From positions 1 to 45,373 of the forward strand of contig JBLHTX010000002.1 of the NCBI GenBank assembly GCA_047627635.1: DNA of 45,373 nucleotides, read 5' to 3'. Position numbers and translations under genes: made by a program. The first letter of the stretch is position 1; each line of letters begins with the position of its first letter. The DNA comes from Alphaproteobacteria bacterium. Lineage in GTDB: Bacteria; Pseudomonadota; Alphaproteobacteria; JBCCNR01. Under the pieces are notes generated by a model. It searched no databases and was not told the DNA's origin. It saw only the letters and a list, made by a program, of their open reading frames with translations. Of the stretch, positions 17,231 to 27,859 are shown piece after piece.

Positions 17231-18466
17231 TTAAAGACGTATATCAAGGCCTGCCTCAGGCGATTGACGATCAAGGGCAGCATAAAGACGCTCTGTATTG
17301 GTTTGCAATTGGGAACGATTAGTGTTTTCGGCGGCTATTTCAGCAAGATTTGCCGATAAAAGCGTATCATTATCTTGGTTTTGTTGTGTATCATCTTGGG
17401 ATTTTTGCTCAAACCCAAGTCCTGCACTGCCTAAATCAAGTCCTGCCTCCGAAAGATATTGCTCTAGGGATGCGGTTTCTTTACGAAGCTGCTCAAGAAT
17501 TTCGGGCTTATCACTGCGAATAACTGCCATTACGGCATTATCTTTGCTATTTTCAATAACAAGTTCGACTTCGCCCATGCCTGCAGGTTCAAGGTTAATG
17601 CTAATTTTATTGGCATTATTGATATCTTTGGTAATATTAAGGGTCACTTCGTTGTTTAATGGCATTTGCGCAATAATTTCAGGTGCTGCTGCTTTTTGAA
17701 TATTAAGTGTAGTTGTTGATGCTATTTGAGTTTGTGGTGATAATAAAAATGTCTGATCTTCTATGCTTGGCAAGTCAATTGGTATTGTCGCCGTGTCATT
17801 GTTTAATTTACTGATTGCTTCGGTGGGCATTGTTTGTGCCGTATTCGTAGTAAGGTTTGCCTGATTCCCAGCCAATAATTGATCTTCCAATAGCACAGTA
17901 TCGGAATCTAAAGTATCAAACTCTTTATTCCTTAAATGCTCTGTATCAAGTTCAATTTGTGACGTTTCTTCTTGGGCATTCATTGTATTCATTGATAATT
18001 TTGATGCTTTAAGGTTGGTGTCAATTAAAGGGTTTAAAGGCATTGCAACAAGGGATGCATCTTCTGGGGATTCTTGCAAGGCTTCAGTTGCCTCCAGTGA
18101 TTCTCCCTCAATTGTTGCTTCAAAGGCCCCCATAAGCATTTGTAAATCATCGGTTTCATGAAGATCATGCGTGACTTGATTATTATTCATTACCTTGGAA
18201 TCAGGGGATTCTTGGTTTGATTTTACTGTATTTTTTGTATTTTTATACTGAGTATCTTTGGGTGATTCTGTTTGTTCTTTTGCCTTTGCGGCATTTGTTT
18301 TATATTTGTCAACAGGTTTACTGGGTTTTCCATCTAAGTAATCATTAAAAGAATTTTGTTGATGATGCTTATTGTTGGCTTTTATACGCTCGGACATAGA
18401 AGGTTGTAGCGTATTTTTAGTGTGTAGCTGTCCGCTTATTGTATTTTCTGTGAAGGTGTAAGACAC
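17231..18466 (-). CDS. fliK: Flagellar hook-length control protein FliK
   Basis: Long Q/N/T-rich disordered N-terminus. C-terminal Flg_hook-type domain (ISINLEPAGMGEVELVIE...LRKETASLEQYLSEAGLDL). GTG start preceded by GGGAG. Located upstream of flgD. Confidence 0.75.
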   Translation of the reverse strand: MSYTFTENTISGQLHTKNTLQPSMSERIKANNKHHQQNSFNDYLDGKPSKPVDKYKTNAAKAKEQTESPKDTQYKNTKNTVKSNQESPDSKVMNNNQVTHDLHETDDLQMLMGAFEATIEGESLEATEALQESPEDASLVAMPLNPLIDTNLKASKLSMNTMNAQEETSQIELDTEHLRNKEFDTLDSDTVLLEDQLLAGNQANLTTNTAQTMPTEAISKLNNDTATIPIDLPSIEDQTFLLSPQTQIASTTTLNIQKAAAPEIIAQMPLNNEVTLNITKDINNANKISINLEPAGMGEVELVIENSKDNAVMAVIRSDKPEILEQLRKETASLEQYLSEAGLDLGSAGLGFEQKSQDDTQQNQDNDTLLSANLAEIAAENTNRSQLQTNTERLYAALDRQSPEAGLDIRL

Positions 18467-18609
18467 TTAAAACTCCCATTGCTTTTCTAGCATGATATAA
18501 AAATATAATAATTATGTAAAAAAAGTGTAAATCTTTGACTTGCTTCTTTGAGCGTGTTGCTCTAAAAATTAAAAACTATATATATTGATCAACAAACTAA
18601 GAGGTACTC

Positions 18610-19647
18610 TTGAAAAATATCGTTATTGCTGTTGATGCTATGGGTGGTGATTATGCCCCCAACAATGTTTTACAAGCAGTCGCATTATCTGCCGTAAGGC
18701 ACCCTTATGTCTCTTTTTTAATTTTTGGACATCAAAATTTAATTGAGCCAATAATTTCAAAAATGCCCGAACTTGTTGATAAATATCAAATTATACACAC
18801 TGATTCCGTAATTTCAATGGAAGAGAAACCCTCCGTAGCGATTCGCCAAAAAAACACGTCAATGCTTCTTGCCATCGAAGCTGTACGTGATGGCCTTGCT
18901 CATGGTATTATTTCAGGCGGTAATACAGGGGCGTTAATGGCCCTATCCAAACTTAGATTGCGGATGATTGAGGGCATTAACCGTCCGTCTATCGCATCTT
19001 TGTGGCCAACATTACATGGTGAATGTGTTGTCACTGATTTGGGAGCAAATTTAACTGCCAGTGTTGATGATCTTGTTGATTTCACAATTATGGGTGCAGA
19101 ATATGCCCGTATTATTTTTGATAAACCAATGCCCCTTGTCGGCTTGTTAAATGTTGGTACAGAAGAAATGAAGGGCAACGATACGCTTAAAAGTGCGGCT
19201 GCAATTTTATCCGAGAAGCAAGCTGAATATGGCTTTAAATATCATGGCTTCATTGAGGGTAGTGATATTTGTAAAGGCACAGTCGATGTTGTTGTCACTG
19301 ACGGATTTACGGGTAATATTGCCCTTAAAACAGCTGAGGGCGTGGCGCATTTAATCAGCAGCTACCTTAAGGGATCTCTTAAATCAACTCTTATCAGTAA
19401 AATTGGGGCGTTTCTGGCGAAAAAATCTTTAATGCATTTCAAAGACAAAGTTGACCCACGCAAAGTTAATGGCGGTGTATTCTTAGGGCTTAATGGTATT
19501 GCTGTCAAAAGTCATGGCGGCGCCGATCAGATTGCCTATGCCGCAGCACTTGACTTAGCCATTGATTTAGCATCGGGGGATATTATTAATGCAATCTATA
19601 ATAAAATTGCACAGCGTAAACAAGTGCAAGAAAAAATAAATAATTAG
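18610..19647 (+). CDS. plsX: Phosphate acyltransferase PlsX
   Basis: IAVDAMGGDYAP, SGGNTGALMA and TDGFTGNIALKT motifs. TTG start preceded by AAGAGG. Confidence 0.95.
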   Translation: MKNIVIAVDAMGGDYAPNNVLQAVALSAVRHPYVSFLIFGHQNLIEPIISKMPELVDKYQIIHTDSVISMEEKPSVAIRQKNTSMLLAIEAVRDGLAHGIISGGNTGALMALSKLRLRMIEGINRPSIASLWPTLHGECVVTDLGANLTASVDDLVDFTIMGAEYARIIFDKPMPLVGLLNVGTEEMKGNDTLKSAAAILSEKQAEYGFKYHGFIEGSDICKGTVDVVVTDGFTGNIALKTAEGVAHLISSYLKGSLKSTLISKIGAFLAKKSLMHFKDKVDPRKVNGGVFLGLNGIAVKSHGGADQIAYAAALDLAIDLASGDIINAIYNKIAQRKQVQEKINN

Positions 19648-19656
19648 GAAAAAACT

Positions 19657-20658
19657 GTGCAAACAAAGCAATCCATTATCCTAGGGACAGGCAGTTTTTT
19701 GCCGCCTAAGATTGTGACAAATTTTGATCTTGAACATATCATTGATACAACAGATGCATGGATTACCGAACGTTCAGGCATTAAGCAACGTCATTATGTC
19801 GATGACACATTAACCACATCTGATATGGCTTATTATGCGGCCAAACAAGCAATTGAGACTGCCGATATTGACCCAAATGACATTGACATGATTATTTGTG
19901 CAACAATTACCCCTGATTTAATTTTGCCATCAGTCGCCGCATTGGTACAGCATAAATTAGGCATTATGAATCATTGCGCTGCATTCGATGTTGGGGCGGC
20001 CTGTGCTGGATTTGTTTATGTTTTGTCCATTGCAGATCAATTTTTAAAAACAGGGCATGTAAAAAACATTTTGGTTATTGGTGCCGATAGTATGTCACGG
20101 ATTGTTGATTTTACAGATCGTGCAACATGTGTTTTGTTTGGTGATGGGGCAGGGGCATTTATTATATCAAATGATTCTGATAAAACAGCACAATTTCAAG
20201 GCACGACTGATAAGCCAACGGATATTCTAGCAACAATTATGAAAACAAATGGTGCACAAGCTGATATTTTAAAATCCACCAATGGCATCGGCAGTATTGG
20301 TGCAGGTCACGGATATTTAACGATGAAGGGCCCCGAAGTCTTTAAAGTGGCCGTCAAGAACCTTTCGGACATTATGCAGCAAACACTTGAAAAAGCTAAT
20401 ATTACCGCATCTGATCTGGATTATGTCGTTCCGCATCAGGCGAACCAACGCATTATGACGGCGACAGCACAAAAAATTGGTGTCAGCAATGATCGGGTGA
20501 TTTCCTATATTGCCAAGCATGGGAATACATCGGCGGCTTCTGTGCCCCTTGCTTTTGACTGCGCAGTGCGTGATGGTGTTCTAAAGCGTGGGCAAACAAT
20601 TTTAATGGAAGCCATTGGTGCAGGCATGAGCTGGGCTGGCGCACTTATTCGCTATTGA
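19657..20658 (+). CDS. fabH: 3-oxoacyl-ACP synthase III
   Basis: AAFDVGAACAGF (active-site Cys), VPHQAN and GNTSAAS motifs. GTG start. Confidence 0.95.
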   Translation: MQTKQSIILGTGSFLPPKIVTNFDLEHIIDTTDAWITERSGIKQRHYVDDTLTTSDMAYYAAKQAIETADIDPNDIDMIICATITPDLILPSVAALVQHKLGIMNHCAAFDVGAACAGFVYVLSIADQFLKTGHVKNILVIGADSMSRIVDFTDRATCVLFGDGAGAFIISNDSDKTAQFQGTTDKPTDILATIMKTNGAQADILKSTNGIGSIGAGHGYLTMKGPEVFKVAVKNLSDIMQQTLEKANITASDLDYVVPHQANQRIMTATAQKIGVSNDRVISYIAKHGNTSAASVPLAFDCAVRDGVLKRGQTILMEAIGAGMSWAGALIRY

Positions 20659-20677
20659 TTAGGCATTACTAAAAAAG

Positions 20678-20716
20678 CAAGTCATATCAGGGCCTATGTC
20701 GATGACTTGATTTTTA
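20678..20716 (+). terminator. Intrinsic terminator after fabH
   Basis: 8-bp stem CAAGTCAT/ATGACTTG with a 16-nt loop, followed by ATTTTTA. Confidence 0.5.
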
Positions 20717-20811
20717 TGCGTATCATGTGCTATGATTTTGCCATACTAGATAAATAATCGGTTTTATGAAGCCATTAAGTGTTTCGATAGCATATTTTTA
20801 CAATCATGGAC

Positions 20812-22089
20812 TTAAGATTGCAAAATTTCTTTTGTCCGTGTTTTATAATCTTCAACAGCAGGTTGGTCATAGGGATTAACTTCAAGTAGGTAACTTGCAA
20901 AAATTGTTTCAATCATAAAATGCATCATCAGTGCCCCCAATGATTCAGGTGTATAATCATCGATGGAAAATGTGCGAATTAATCGCCCCCTCGAACGCAG
21001 CGATTCAATTGTCCCCTTGCAGGAGGCATGGACAACATCGTGCATGGTTTTTTTATCAAGATATGCAAATTGGGTATCGTTTGAAAATTCAAGCTTTGTT
21101 TGCTGTGTGTTTTTTAAATGACATTCAATAAAGCTATAGGTTTTATTATCAATACCATCATAATACATTTGCAGTTGGCTATGTTGATCTAGGGGGTTAA
21201 TGGAGGGAACGAACAAGCCCCCCTTAGCACTTTTCCCAAGACTTTCAGCCCATAATTGACGAATCCAATTTGATAGTTCGGCAAAGCGATCCCCATAAGC
21301 GGCAAAAACATGAGTCAGTAAACCATTTTCTTCACCAGCAATCATGGCAGATGCACCATTACAAGGCTTTGATTCTTGAACAGAATTTGCGTGCATTAAT
21401 TCATCAATAACCGATTTTGCTCCCGATAAAATTGCTTTATAATCAAAGCCCATCATAGAGGCAGGTAGTAATCCAGTCATGGTTAAGGCAGAGTAACGAC
21501 CGCCAATGACAAGAGAATGTTTTAAAATTTGAATATTATGCGCTTCGGCAATTTGAACAAGATTATTTTTTTGAGGCGTGACCTCGGTGATTGCTGTCAT
21601 TGTTTGTGCAATAAGATGTGTTTTGTTTTGCTTTTTTAATGTTTGAAAAATTGTTTGAAGCTGAATATTTGTTTCAACTGTATTGCCAGATTTTGAAATA
21701 ATTAAAAAATGTGTGCTATCAAAATCAAGCTGTCTCAGTAATGTCGCAAAGGAAAGATCATCAAGATTATCTGTTGCAAGAAAATTAAAATCAAGTGTAT
21801 TTAACAATGGATTGCCATTAAAACCAAGCCAATGTGCAATTGCCCGTGCCCCAAGGCTTGACCCTCCTGTACCCAGAACAACGAGTGTTTTAAACTTAGA
21901 TTTTAATTTTTCTTGAAATATGTCAATTGCTTCAAATGTTTCAATGTCTTCTATGACATTTATAATGGGATGTTTATTATTTTGAATATCAGATTTAAAG
22001 ACCTCAAATAATTTTTGATTACGACTGGCATGAGGCTTGATAAGAGCAGAAAAATTATCAATATTATGTGTATAGTAATGATGTAACAT
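20812..22089 (-). CDS. pgi: Glucose-6-phosphate isomerase (short form)
   Basis: VVLGTGGSSLGARA, ISKSGNTVET and IGGRYSALT motifs of the SIS/PGI family. Confidence 0.85.
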   Translation of the reverse strand: MLHHYYTHNIDNFSALIKPHASRNQKLFEVFKSDIQNNKHPIINVIEDIETFEAIDIFQEKLKSKFKTLVVLGTGGSSLGARAIAHWLGFNGNPLLNTLDFNFLATDNLDDLSFATLLRQLDFDSTHFLIISKSGNTVETNIQLQTIFQTLKKQNKTHLIAQTMTAITEVTPQKNNLVQIAEAHNIQILKHSLVIGGRYSALTMTGLLPASMMGFDYKAILSGAKSVIDELMHANSVQESKPCNGASAMIAGEENGLLTHVFAAYGDRFAELSNWIRQLWAESLGKSAKGGLFVPSINPLDQHSQLQMYYDGIDNKTYSFIECHLKNTQQTKLEFSNDTQFAYLDKKTMHDVVHASCKGTIESLRSRGRLIRTFSIDDYTPESLGALMMHFMIETIFASYLLEVNPYDQPAVEDYKTRTKEILQS

Positions 22090-22141
22090 GATTTATCCAT
22101 TAAAATAAGGTATTAATAAAATTAAGTATAAATTAAAAAAG

Positions 22142-23500
22142 TTAAAATTTAATAGCATCCATTGGAAGCATATTAAAGTTTTTGATGTTTTTATTGCCAC
22201 CAACAACGATCATTGTCAATGGTTGTAACAAGATTTTTGTCATTTTTTGGTTAACATCTTTTAATGTTACTTTGTCAAACAAGGCATTGCGTTGTTGTGC
22301 ATAGTCAAAGGGTAACTGATTATGATACAAGCCCTGAGCAAGGCTTGTTATATCGTTATTGGTTTCAAATCCAAGTGCATATTGCCCCTTAAGATATGTT
22401 TTTGCCTTATCAAGCATTATTTGGGTTACGCCATTTTGTGCTAAATCGGCAAGTGTGTTATTGACCTCCTTGAGGGCAAGCGGTACATTTTGATTATCAG
22501 TTGCAAATTGTATCATCATACGCCCATCATATAACGAGCTGTCAAGTGCCGCAGAAATTGAGTAGGTTAAGCCTTTTTCTTCACGAAGATCATTGATAAG
22601 GCGTGAGCCAAACCCACCGCCTCCTAAAATATGCGTCGCAAGATAATAAGATATGAAATCAGGATCATTGCGTTTAATGGTTGGGGTAACCATGATAATT
22701 GTGGATTGCGGGACATCAAGATGCACGGCAAATTTTTCAGCAATCAAACCTTTTTCATAATCAGGAATTTTATGATTATGCGTAGTTTGCTTTGGTAAAT
22801 TTTCAAGGAGTGCAGTCGATAATAAGGTTGCCTCTTTTTGCGAAATATCTCCTGTAATTGAAATAAATGCATTTTTGATTGATAGTTTTTTATGAAAATC
22901 AACAAGATCTTTTTTTGTAATAGTGTTAAGCGTTTTGATTGTGCCATAAGCTGGTTTTGCAAAGAGATGATCCTTGTAATAATGCTGTCTTAATAAAGTG
23001 CTTGCAATAATTGTTGGGTTTTTTTGACTAGATTGAATGCTGTTGGTTAATTGACGACGCATTAGGTCAATAATATTGGGATCAAATCTGGGTTGCGAGA
23101 GTGATAATTTTGCAAGTTCAAGGGCTTTTTGTTGGTCAAACTTTAAAAAATTTAAATGCAATGTTAAATATTCTTGTGAAGCACGATAATATAAAGAAAT
23201 TTGATGATTAACTAATGCTTCACGAAAGGCATCAGAATTAAGTGTGCCTGCGCCCTCGTCAAGTGTTGCAGCTGCCAAAGTGGCAAGCCCTAATTGATCT
23301 TGTGGGTCAAAAACATAGCCAATTGGAAACGAAATTTGAAGCGAAATAGTCGGCACAGTTTTTGTTGGCATATACCAAATTTCAGGATGATTTTGTGTTG
23401 CATTAATTTTTGTAAAATTAATTGACCATGATTGCGTAGCAGATAAAAATAATAAAAGGCAAGACAAGCAAGTTAATAAAAATGATTTTGTAAATGTCAT
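22142..23500 (-). CDS. M16-family peptidase subunit, non-catalytic type (no HxxEH), secreted
   Basis: Signal peptide MTFTKSFLLTCLSCLLLFLSATQSWS. M16 fold-like sequence without a zinc motif. Overlaps the upstream M16 gene by 4 nt. Confidence 0.75.
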   Translation of the reverse strand: MTFTKSFLLTCLSCLLLFLSATQSWSINFTKINATQNHPEIWYMPTKTVPTISLQISFPIGYVFDPQDQLGLATLAAATLDEGAGTLNSDAFREALVNHQISLYYRASQEYLTLHLNFLKFDQQKALELAKLSLSQPRFDPNIIDLMRRQLTNSIQSSQKNPTIIASTLLRQHYYKDHLFAKPAYGTIKTLNTITKKDLVDFHKKLSIKNAFISITGDISQKEATLLSTALLENLPKQTTHNHKIPDYEKGLIAEKFAVHLDVPQSTIIMVTPTIKRNDPDFISYYLATHILGGGGFGSRLINDLREEKGLTYSISAALDSSLYDGRMMIQFATDNQNVPLALKEVNNTLADLAQNGVTQIMLDKAKTYLKGQYALGFETNNDITSLAQGLYHNQLPFDYAQQRNALFDKVTLKDVNQKMTKILLQPLTMIVVGGNKNIKNFNMLPMDAIKF

Positions 23501-24930
23501 GGTTTAATCCTCTTGAGATAACCCCAAACTTGATTTTGCGGCGTAAATACTGATTGAAGTACAATATTCGCATCATCGGGGGTAATAGATGCGATAATTT
23601 TGGGCGTTTGTATAATATCAGAGAGTGTTTTATTAAAGGCAAGGTTTTTACCCCATAAATGAGCACGATTTGTACGACTATCGAATGATGTAATATAGTT
23701 GGCAAGCATTGCGTTTTTTTCACGCTCAATATCTTGCTTGTCTATGCCCTTATTAATAATATCCATAAGCTCTTTTTTAAAAGCAGCCTTAAGGACATTA
23801 AGTGAAACATGATTGGCAGGTGTCATTTGAAAAATAAGCGAGGCATTGTCTAGTTTATCAGATGCAATGAATGCCCCAACCGATAAAGCAATTTTTTGTT
23901 GCTTCACAAGTTTTTTATATAAAATGCTATGTGCTCCGCCAGCTATGTGATTAATCGCAGCGGATAAAGCATGAAATTCTTTGGGTGAATGCGTGGGAGA
24001 TAGTGCCTCTAGCATCAAAAATAAATTATCAACTGTTACATTGGGATGCGTTAATGTAATTTCTCGTGTTGCAATTTGTGGTGGCTCGCTGGGGCGTTGA
24101 CGATTAATATTAATATGCTTTGAAGGTTTGATTTTCCCATAAGTTGCTTGAGCAATTTCAAAAACATGACTGGGGTCAACGTCACCAACAATGGTCACAA
24201 CAGCATTATTAGGGGCATAATATTGATGATAAAATGCCATGACTTGTTTCTTGTTCAAAGCCTCAATCTCATGTTTCCATCCAATAACAGGCGCTCTGTA
24301 AGGGTGATTACGAAATAAACTTGCATTCATTTGTTCAAATAATTGTGCTGTTGGGTTTGTATCGGTACGCAAAGCACGTTCTTCAAGTACAACATTACGC
24401 TCTTTAATGAGTTCCTCTTCGGTAATTTGGATGTGCCGCATACGATTAGCCTCCATCTCCATAATCTCTTCAAGATGCTGCGTCGGTATGTTTTGATAAT
24501 AAGCAGTTAAATCATGGGTTGTGAATGCATTATCATTACCGCCAAGCTCGGAGATTCTTTTTGAAAAATAGCCTGCCTCAAAGTTATTTGTGCCACGAAA
24601 CATAAGATGCTCAAGGAAATGGGCAATCCCCGATTCGCCATCCTTTTCATCGGCAGCGCCGACTTTATACCAAATTGTATGTGAGACAACAGGGGCCCTG
24701 TTATCGACATCAACAACAAGTTTTAAGCCATTATCAAGCGTGTAAAAAAATGGTTTTGTTACCGAAAATTTTTGTAATTTCTCAGTGCGTGTCTCTTGTA
24801 TTTCTTTTCCGCAAACCTCAAGAGGGGTCACAAGGCAAATGAATAAGCCTAATGACACCGATAAAGCATGAGGAAAGAGGGTAGCATTTTTTAAAACATA
24901 ACTGCAAAAGGGCATGATTGAAACATTCAA
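23497..24930 (-). CDS. M16-family zinc peptidase (pitrilysin-like), catalytic subunit
   Basis: HxxEH motif in GIAHFLEHLMFRGT, downstream NAFT..D.T.Y pattern, N-terminal hydrophobic signal. Confidence 0.85.
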   Translation of the reverse strand: MNVSIMPFCSYVLKNATLFPHALSVSLGLFICLVTPLEVCGKEIQETRTEKLQKFSVTKPFFYTLDNGLKLVVDVDNRAPVVSHTIWYKVGAADEKDGESGIAHFLEHLMFRGTNNFEAGYFSKRISELGGNDNAFTTHDLTAYYQNIPTQHLEEIMEMEANRMRHIQITEEELIKERNVVLEERALRTDTNPTAQLFEQMNASLFRNHPYRAPVIGWKHEIEALNKKQVMAFYHQYYAPNNAVVTIVGDVDPSHVFEIAQATYGKIKPSKHININRQRPSEPPQIATREITLTHPNVTVDNLFLMLEALSPTHSPKEFHALSAAINHIAGGAHSILYKKLVKQQKIALSVGAFIASDKLDNASLIFQMTPANHVSLNVLKAAFKKELMDIINKGIDKQDIEREKNAMLANYITSFDSRTNRAHLWGKNLAFNKTLSDIIQTPKIIASITPDDANIVLQSVFTPQNQVWGYLKRIKP

Positions 24931-25066
24931 GAATATAAAATTACAAAGTAAGGGTAAGCAATTTTTTTGATTAAGTCTTATGAGAATCTTTATTTACAGT
25001 ATCTTAACCATAACGTTGTAGTTTGAAAAGTAAATATTTTAATTAAATGATAGATCGAGTTGTATA

Positions 25067-26650
25067 ATGTATCAAAAATTTGGAATAAGTGCTTTGGTTG
25101 CTTGCGGTATTATATTTGCAGTCGCTGCGAATTATCAAAATCAAGGGCAAAGACAAGCATCGCAAGCACCTGCTTATGGTGATTTATTGTCAAAGGCTTA
25201 TAAATCCATTGTTCTGCATGAAAAACAAAAAGGTACTTTTAGCAATATTGATTATTTTGAATTACGCTCCCAAGAGGCAATTCATAGGTATAATCCGAGA
25301 CCTTTAACCACAAGCGGATTAGTTCATAATAAAAAAAATCGCCGTGAATTACGGCTTTCTCGTTTCGAGCTTGAGCGTTTCATGAATGGCTATGCTGGAC
25401 GTATTGCCTCACAGGATGTGGCCATGATGCATGCTGCTTTTGATTGTCGGGTAAAGAATATTGAAATGAACCATAAGATGGATAAGGCTTGTAAGATATT
25501 ATTTGCAAAACACAGACAAAAAGCTGCCCGTGTTGTTGATAATTATCTTAAAAAAGACACAATACAAGCACCAGCTATAACAAGAACACCGCCGCCTGTT
25601 GCGGCCGTAAAGCCTTTAAATGTTCCAATAAATACACCGATTAAACCATTTAATAGTGCACCAAAAAAACCCTTACCAATCCTAAAACAGCCTCAAGTGC
25701 CAGTTATCTCAGTTGTCCCTAATCAGCCTGTTATGCCAGATACAATGCGTAATAAATCCTTGCCGGCTCTAATGCAACCTCAAGTTACAGCCATTCCTCC
25801 TCGGCCAGCTGTAAAGCCATTACTACCATCTGTGCAAAACATGCCAAATGTTACCAATAAAGAGGGTGCGACCATCAAAGAAATGCCTAAAACAACAAAT
25901 CCGATAAAAAACAACATAGAAGATGAAGTTGCAAAAGAGGGTAAAAGTAAAAAGTTTAATCCATTAAATTATATTCATCCTTCATTGCGTAAGCGTGCTT
26001 TGGAAATTCAAAGAAAGAAACAGCTGCAGCTGGAACAACCGGCATTAAAGCCACAAACAAATGCTGTGCCTTATGGTATTCAACCAACATCAAGAATATC
26101 TGTTCCTGAAATAAAAAATGGCTATCAAAAATATGCAAGTTTTAAATCTATGAGAGGGCAACGCTCTAAGTTAAATGAGACTGATTCTTTCACCAAACAA
26201 TCAAGCTTTAAGTTATCGCCAATTATGAATTACAAGCCCAAAGCGTCGGCAAAAAAAATGAGTACAAATTCTATTACAATGTATGATCCGACACCAACAG
26301 CATCGATTAATCCTGCTATAAATCAGATGAAATCAGCCACAGCAAGTATTCCATTTACATCATCAGTGAATATAACGCCTGATGGCTTTAAGGGAATTAA
26401 AGAGATTGGTATGCAATTGAAAAATTCAAACAATCGAATTGTTACGATTATTGGTCATGCAGATCAGGGTAAAAGTAGTATTATTGATACCCAAATGTCT
26501 TTAAAGCGTGCGCAAAAAATAAAACAAATATTGCAAACTTATAATAAAGAAATCAAAATTATTATTCAGGCAATGGGTGCAAGTGAACCATTAAAGGGAT
26601 TGTCACAATATGATAATCGCAATCGCCGTGCTGAGATTATTGTTCAATAA
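25067..26650 (+). CDS. OmpA-domain lipoprotein with a long proline-rich linker
   Basis: Lipobox ALVAC. Central P-rich region with repeated LP(I/A)L(K/M)QPQV units. C-terminal OmpA-like domain (IIGHAD...SLKRAQ...NRNRRAEIIV). Confidence 0.75.
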   Translation: MYQKFGISALVACGIIFAVAANYQNQGQRQASQAPAYGDLLSKAYKSIVLHEKQKGTFSNIDYFELRSQEAIHRYNPRPLTTSGLVHNKKNRRELRLSRFELERFMNGYAGRIASQDVAMMHAAFDCRVKNIEMNHKMDKACKILFAKHRQKAARVVDNYLKKDTIQAPAITRTPPPVAAVKPLNVPINTPIKPFNSAPKKPLPILKQPQVPVISVVPNQPVMPDTMRNKSLPALMQPQVTAIPPRPAVKPLLPSVQNMPNVTNKEGATIKEMPKTTNPIKNNIEDEVAKEGKSKKFNPLNYIHPSLRKRALEIQRKKQLQLEQPALKPQTNAVPYGIQPTSRISVPEIKNGYQKYASFKSMRGQRSKLNETDSFTKQSSFKLSPIMNYKPKASAKKMSTNSITMYDPTPTASINPAINQMKSATASIPFTSSVNITPDGFKGIKEIGMQLKNSNNRIVTIIGHADQGKSSIIDTQMSLKRAQKIKQILQTYNKEIKIIIQAMGASEPLKGLSQYDNRNRRAEIIVQ

Positions 26651-26710
26651 ATAGTAATCTTGCATATTCTATTCGGTCAGTAATACCCCATATTTGGTAT
26701 TTGGAATAAA

Positions 26711-27790
26711 ATGTCAAAAATATTTCGTAAATTTACAGGACGTTTTTTTGGAAAACTAAGATTTATTTCAATTAAAACTGTCTTTATTATAGCTATTATA
26801 CTTGGGCTTATTTATGCAATGATTTGGTTTTATATTGCCAATGAAACAACCAATAAAATAATTCATCATATTGATGAAATGCGTTATCATAAAATCAATA
26901 TCTCTATTGATGATTATGATAGTATGGGCTTTCCCGATCACTTTGCGACATTTATCAAAAAAATGTCTTATCGCAACACTACCCGATCCTTTGGCTGGAA
27001 AACAGATTCTTTGATAGTTTACCCGCCCTTATTAAAGGAAACGGATATTATGATTGATGCATCAAGCGATCATTTTTTTTCTATGCGCAACCAAGATACA
27101 GACATGGTCCATAAAATTGCAGTGCGTAACGATATATGTAAGGCCAATATTCTATTTAATGATAACAAGTTAAAGTCTTTGCAAATAAAAGCACTTAATG
27201 GGGTTGTGCAGCTCCATGAAAAACAACAGACTTATGTTTATAAATCATTGGAAGTGGAAACAAAGGCATCAAACGTTATTCTTGAGGATCGCCTTGAAGA
27301 TATTTTGCAAATGAGTATTAACATTCAAGATATAAGGCCCACAAGTAAATGGAAAAAAATTCTTGAAGATAATTTTTTATATTTTACCGCTAAGCTTTAT
27401 TTACGCAACCCAAGCTATTTTCATGAACTGTCAAAGTTCGATCGTTATATTAATCGTAATTATGATCCACCTGAGATTATTATTAATGATATGGAGCTTG
27501 TCCATCGGTTGTCAAAGTTTAAATTAAAAGGATTATTGGCATTTGACACAGATATGACCCTTAATGGCACTATGATACTGACGGTAAGTAATTATCAAAA
27601 AATCTTAAAGTTTTTAACAAAAAAAGGTGTTTTAAGTAAGGGTATTGCAACAAATGTTCGCTTTATGCTGAGTTTTTTATCATCGACAAAAACATTGCAA
27701 AAAAATGATGGCTCAGTTGATATTGCTTTGACTGTCAAGAAAAACGTTGTTTATAGTGATAAAATAAAGCTTTTTGATTTTAATATTTAA
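26711..27790 (+). CDS. DUF2125-like membrane-anchored protein
   Basis: Single N-terminal TM followed by WFYIAN...GFPDHF. The size and the C-terminal DGSVDIALTVKKNVVYSDKIKLFDF resemble my recollection of the DUF2125 family. Not verified by search. Confidence 0.45.
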   Translation: MSKIFRKFTGRFFGKLRFISIKTVFIIAIILGLIYAMIWFYIANETTNKIIHHIDEMRYHKINISIDDYDSMGFPDHFATFIKKMSYRNTTRSFGWKTDSLIVYPPLLKETDIMIDASSDHFFSMRNQDTDMVHKIAVRNDICKANILFNDNKLKSLQIKALNGVVQLHEKQQTYVYKSLEVETKASNVILEDRLEDILQMSINIQDIRPTSKWKKILEDNFLYFTAKLYLRNPSYFHELSKFDRYINRNYDPPEIIINDMELVHRLSKFKLKGLLAFDTDMTLNGTMILTVSNYQKILKFLTKKGVLSKGIATNVRFMLSFLSSTKTLQKNDGSVDIALTVKKNVVYSDKIKLFDFNI

Positions 27791-27859
27791 CATCTTAAGT
27801 TAGGCACTATCTTTGCATCACACTAAGTGTAATTATTATATTTTTGTGTTTGTGTTTGT

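Noticed and set aside
2783-24719. Nested alternative-frame ORFs of 60-136 aa on either strand inside longer genes (for example 2783-3007, 3160-3426, 5908-6234, 7299-8505, 11113-11415, 14952-15362, 17298-17699, 18900-19178, 21683-21916, 23418-23729, 24507-24719)
   Set aside because: All are fully contained within strongly supported CDS. They have skewed low-complexity compositions typical of off-frame translation of AT-rich genes, and none has a recognisable motif.
25004-25011. TTAACCAT, the CtrA half-site 8-mer, in the divergent promoter between the M16 peptidase and the OmpA lipoprotein
   Set aside because: The second half-site is GTTG rather than TTAA. By rough base-composition reasoning an AT-rich 8-mer like this is expected a few times by chance in 45 kb on two strands.
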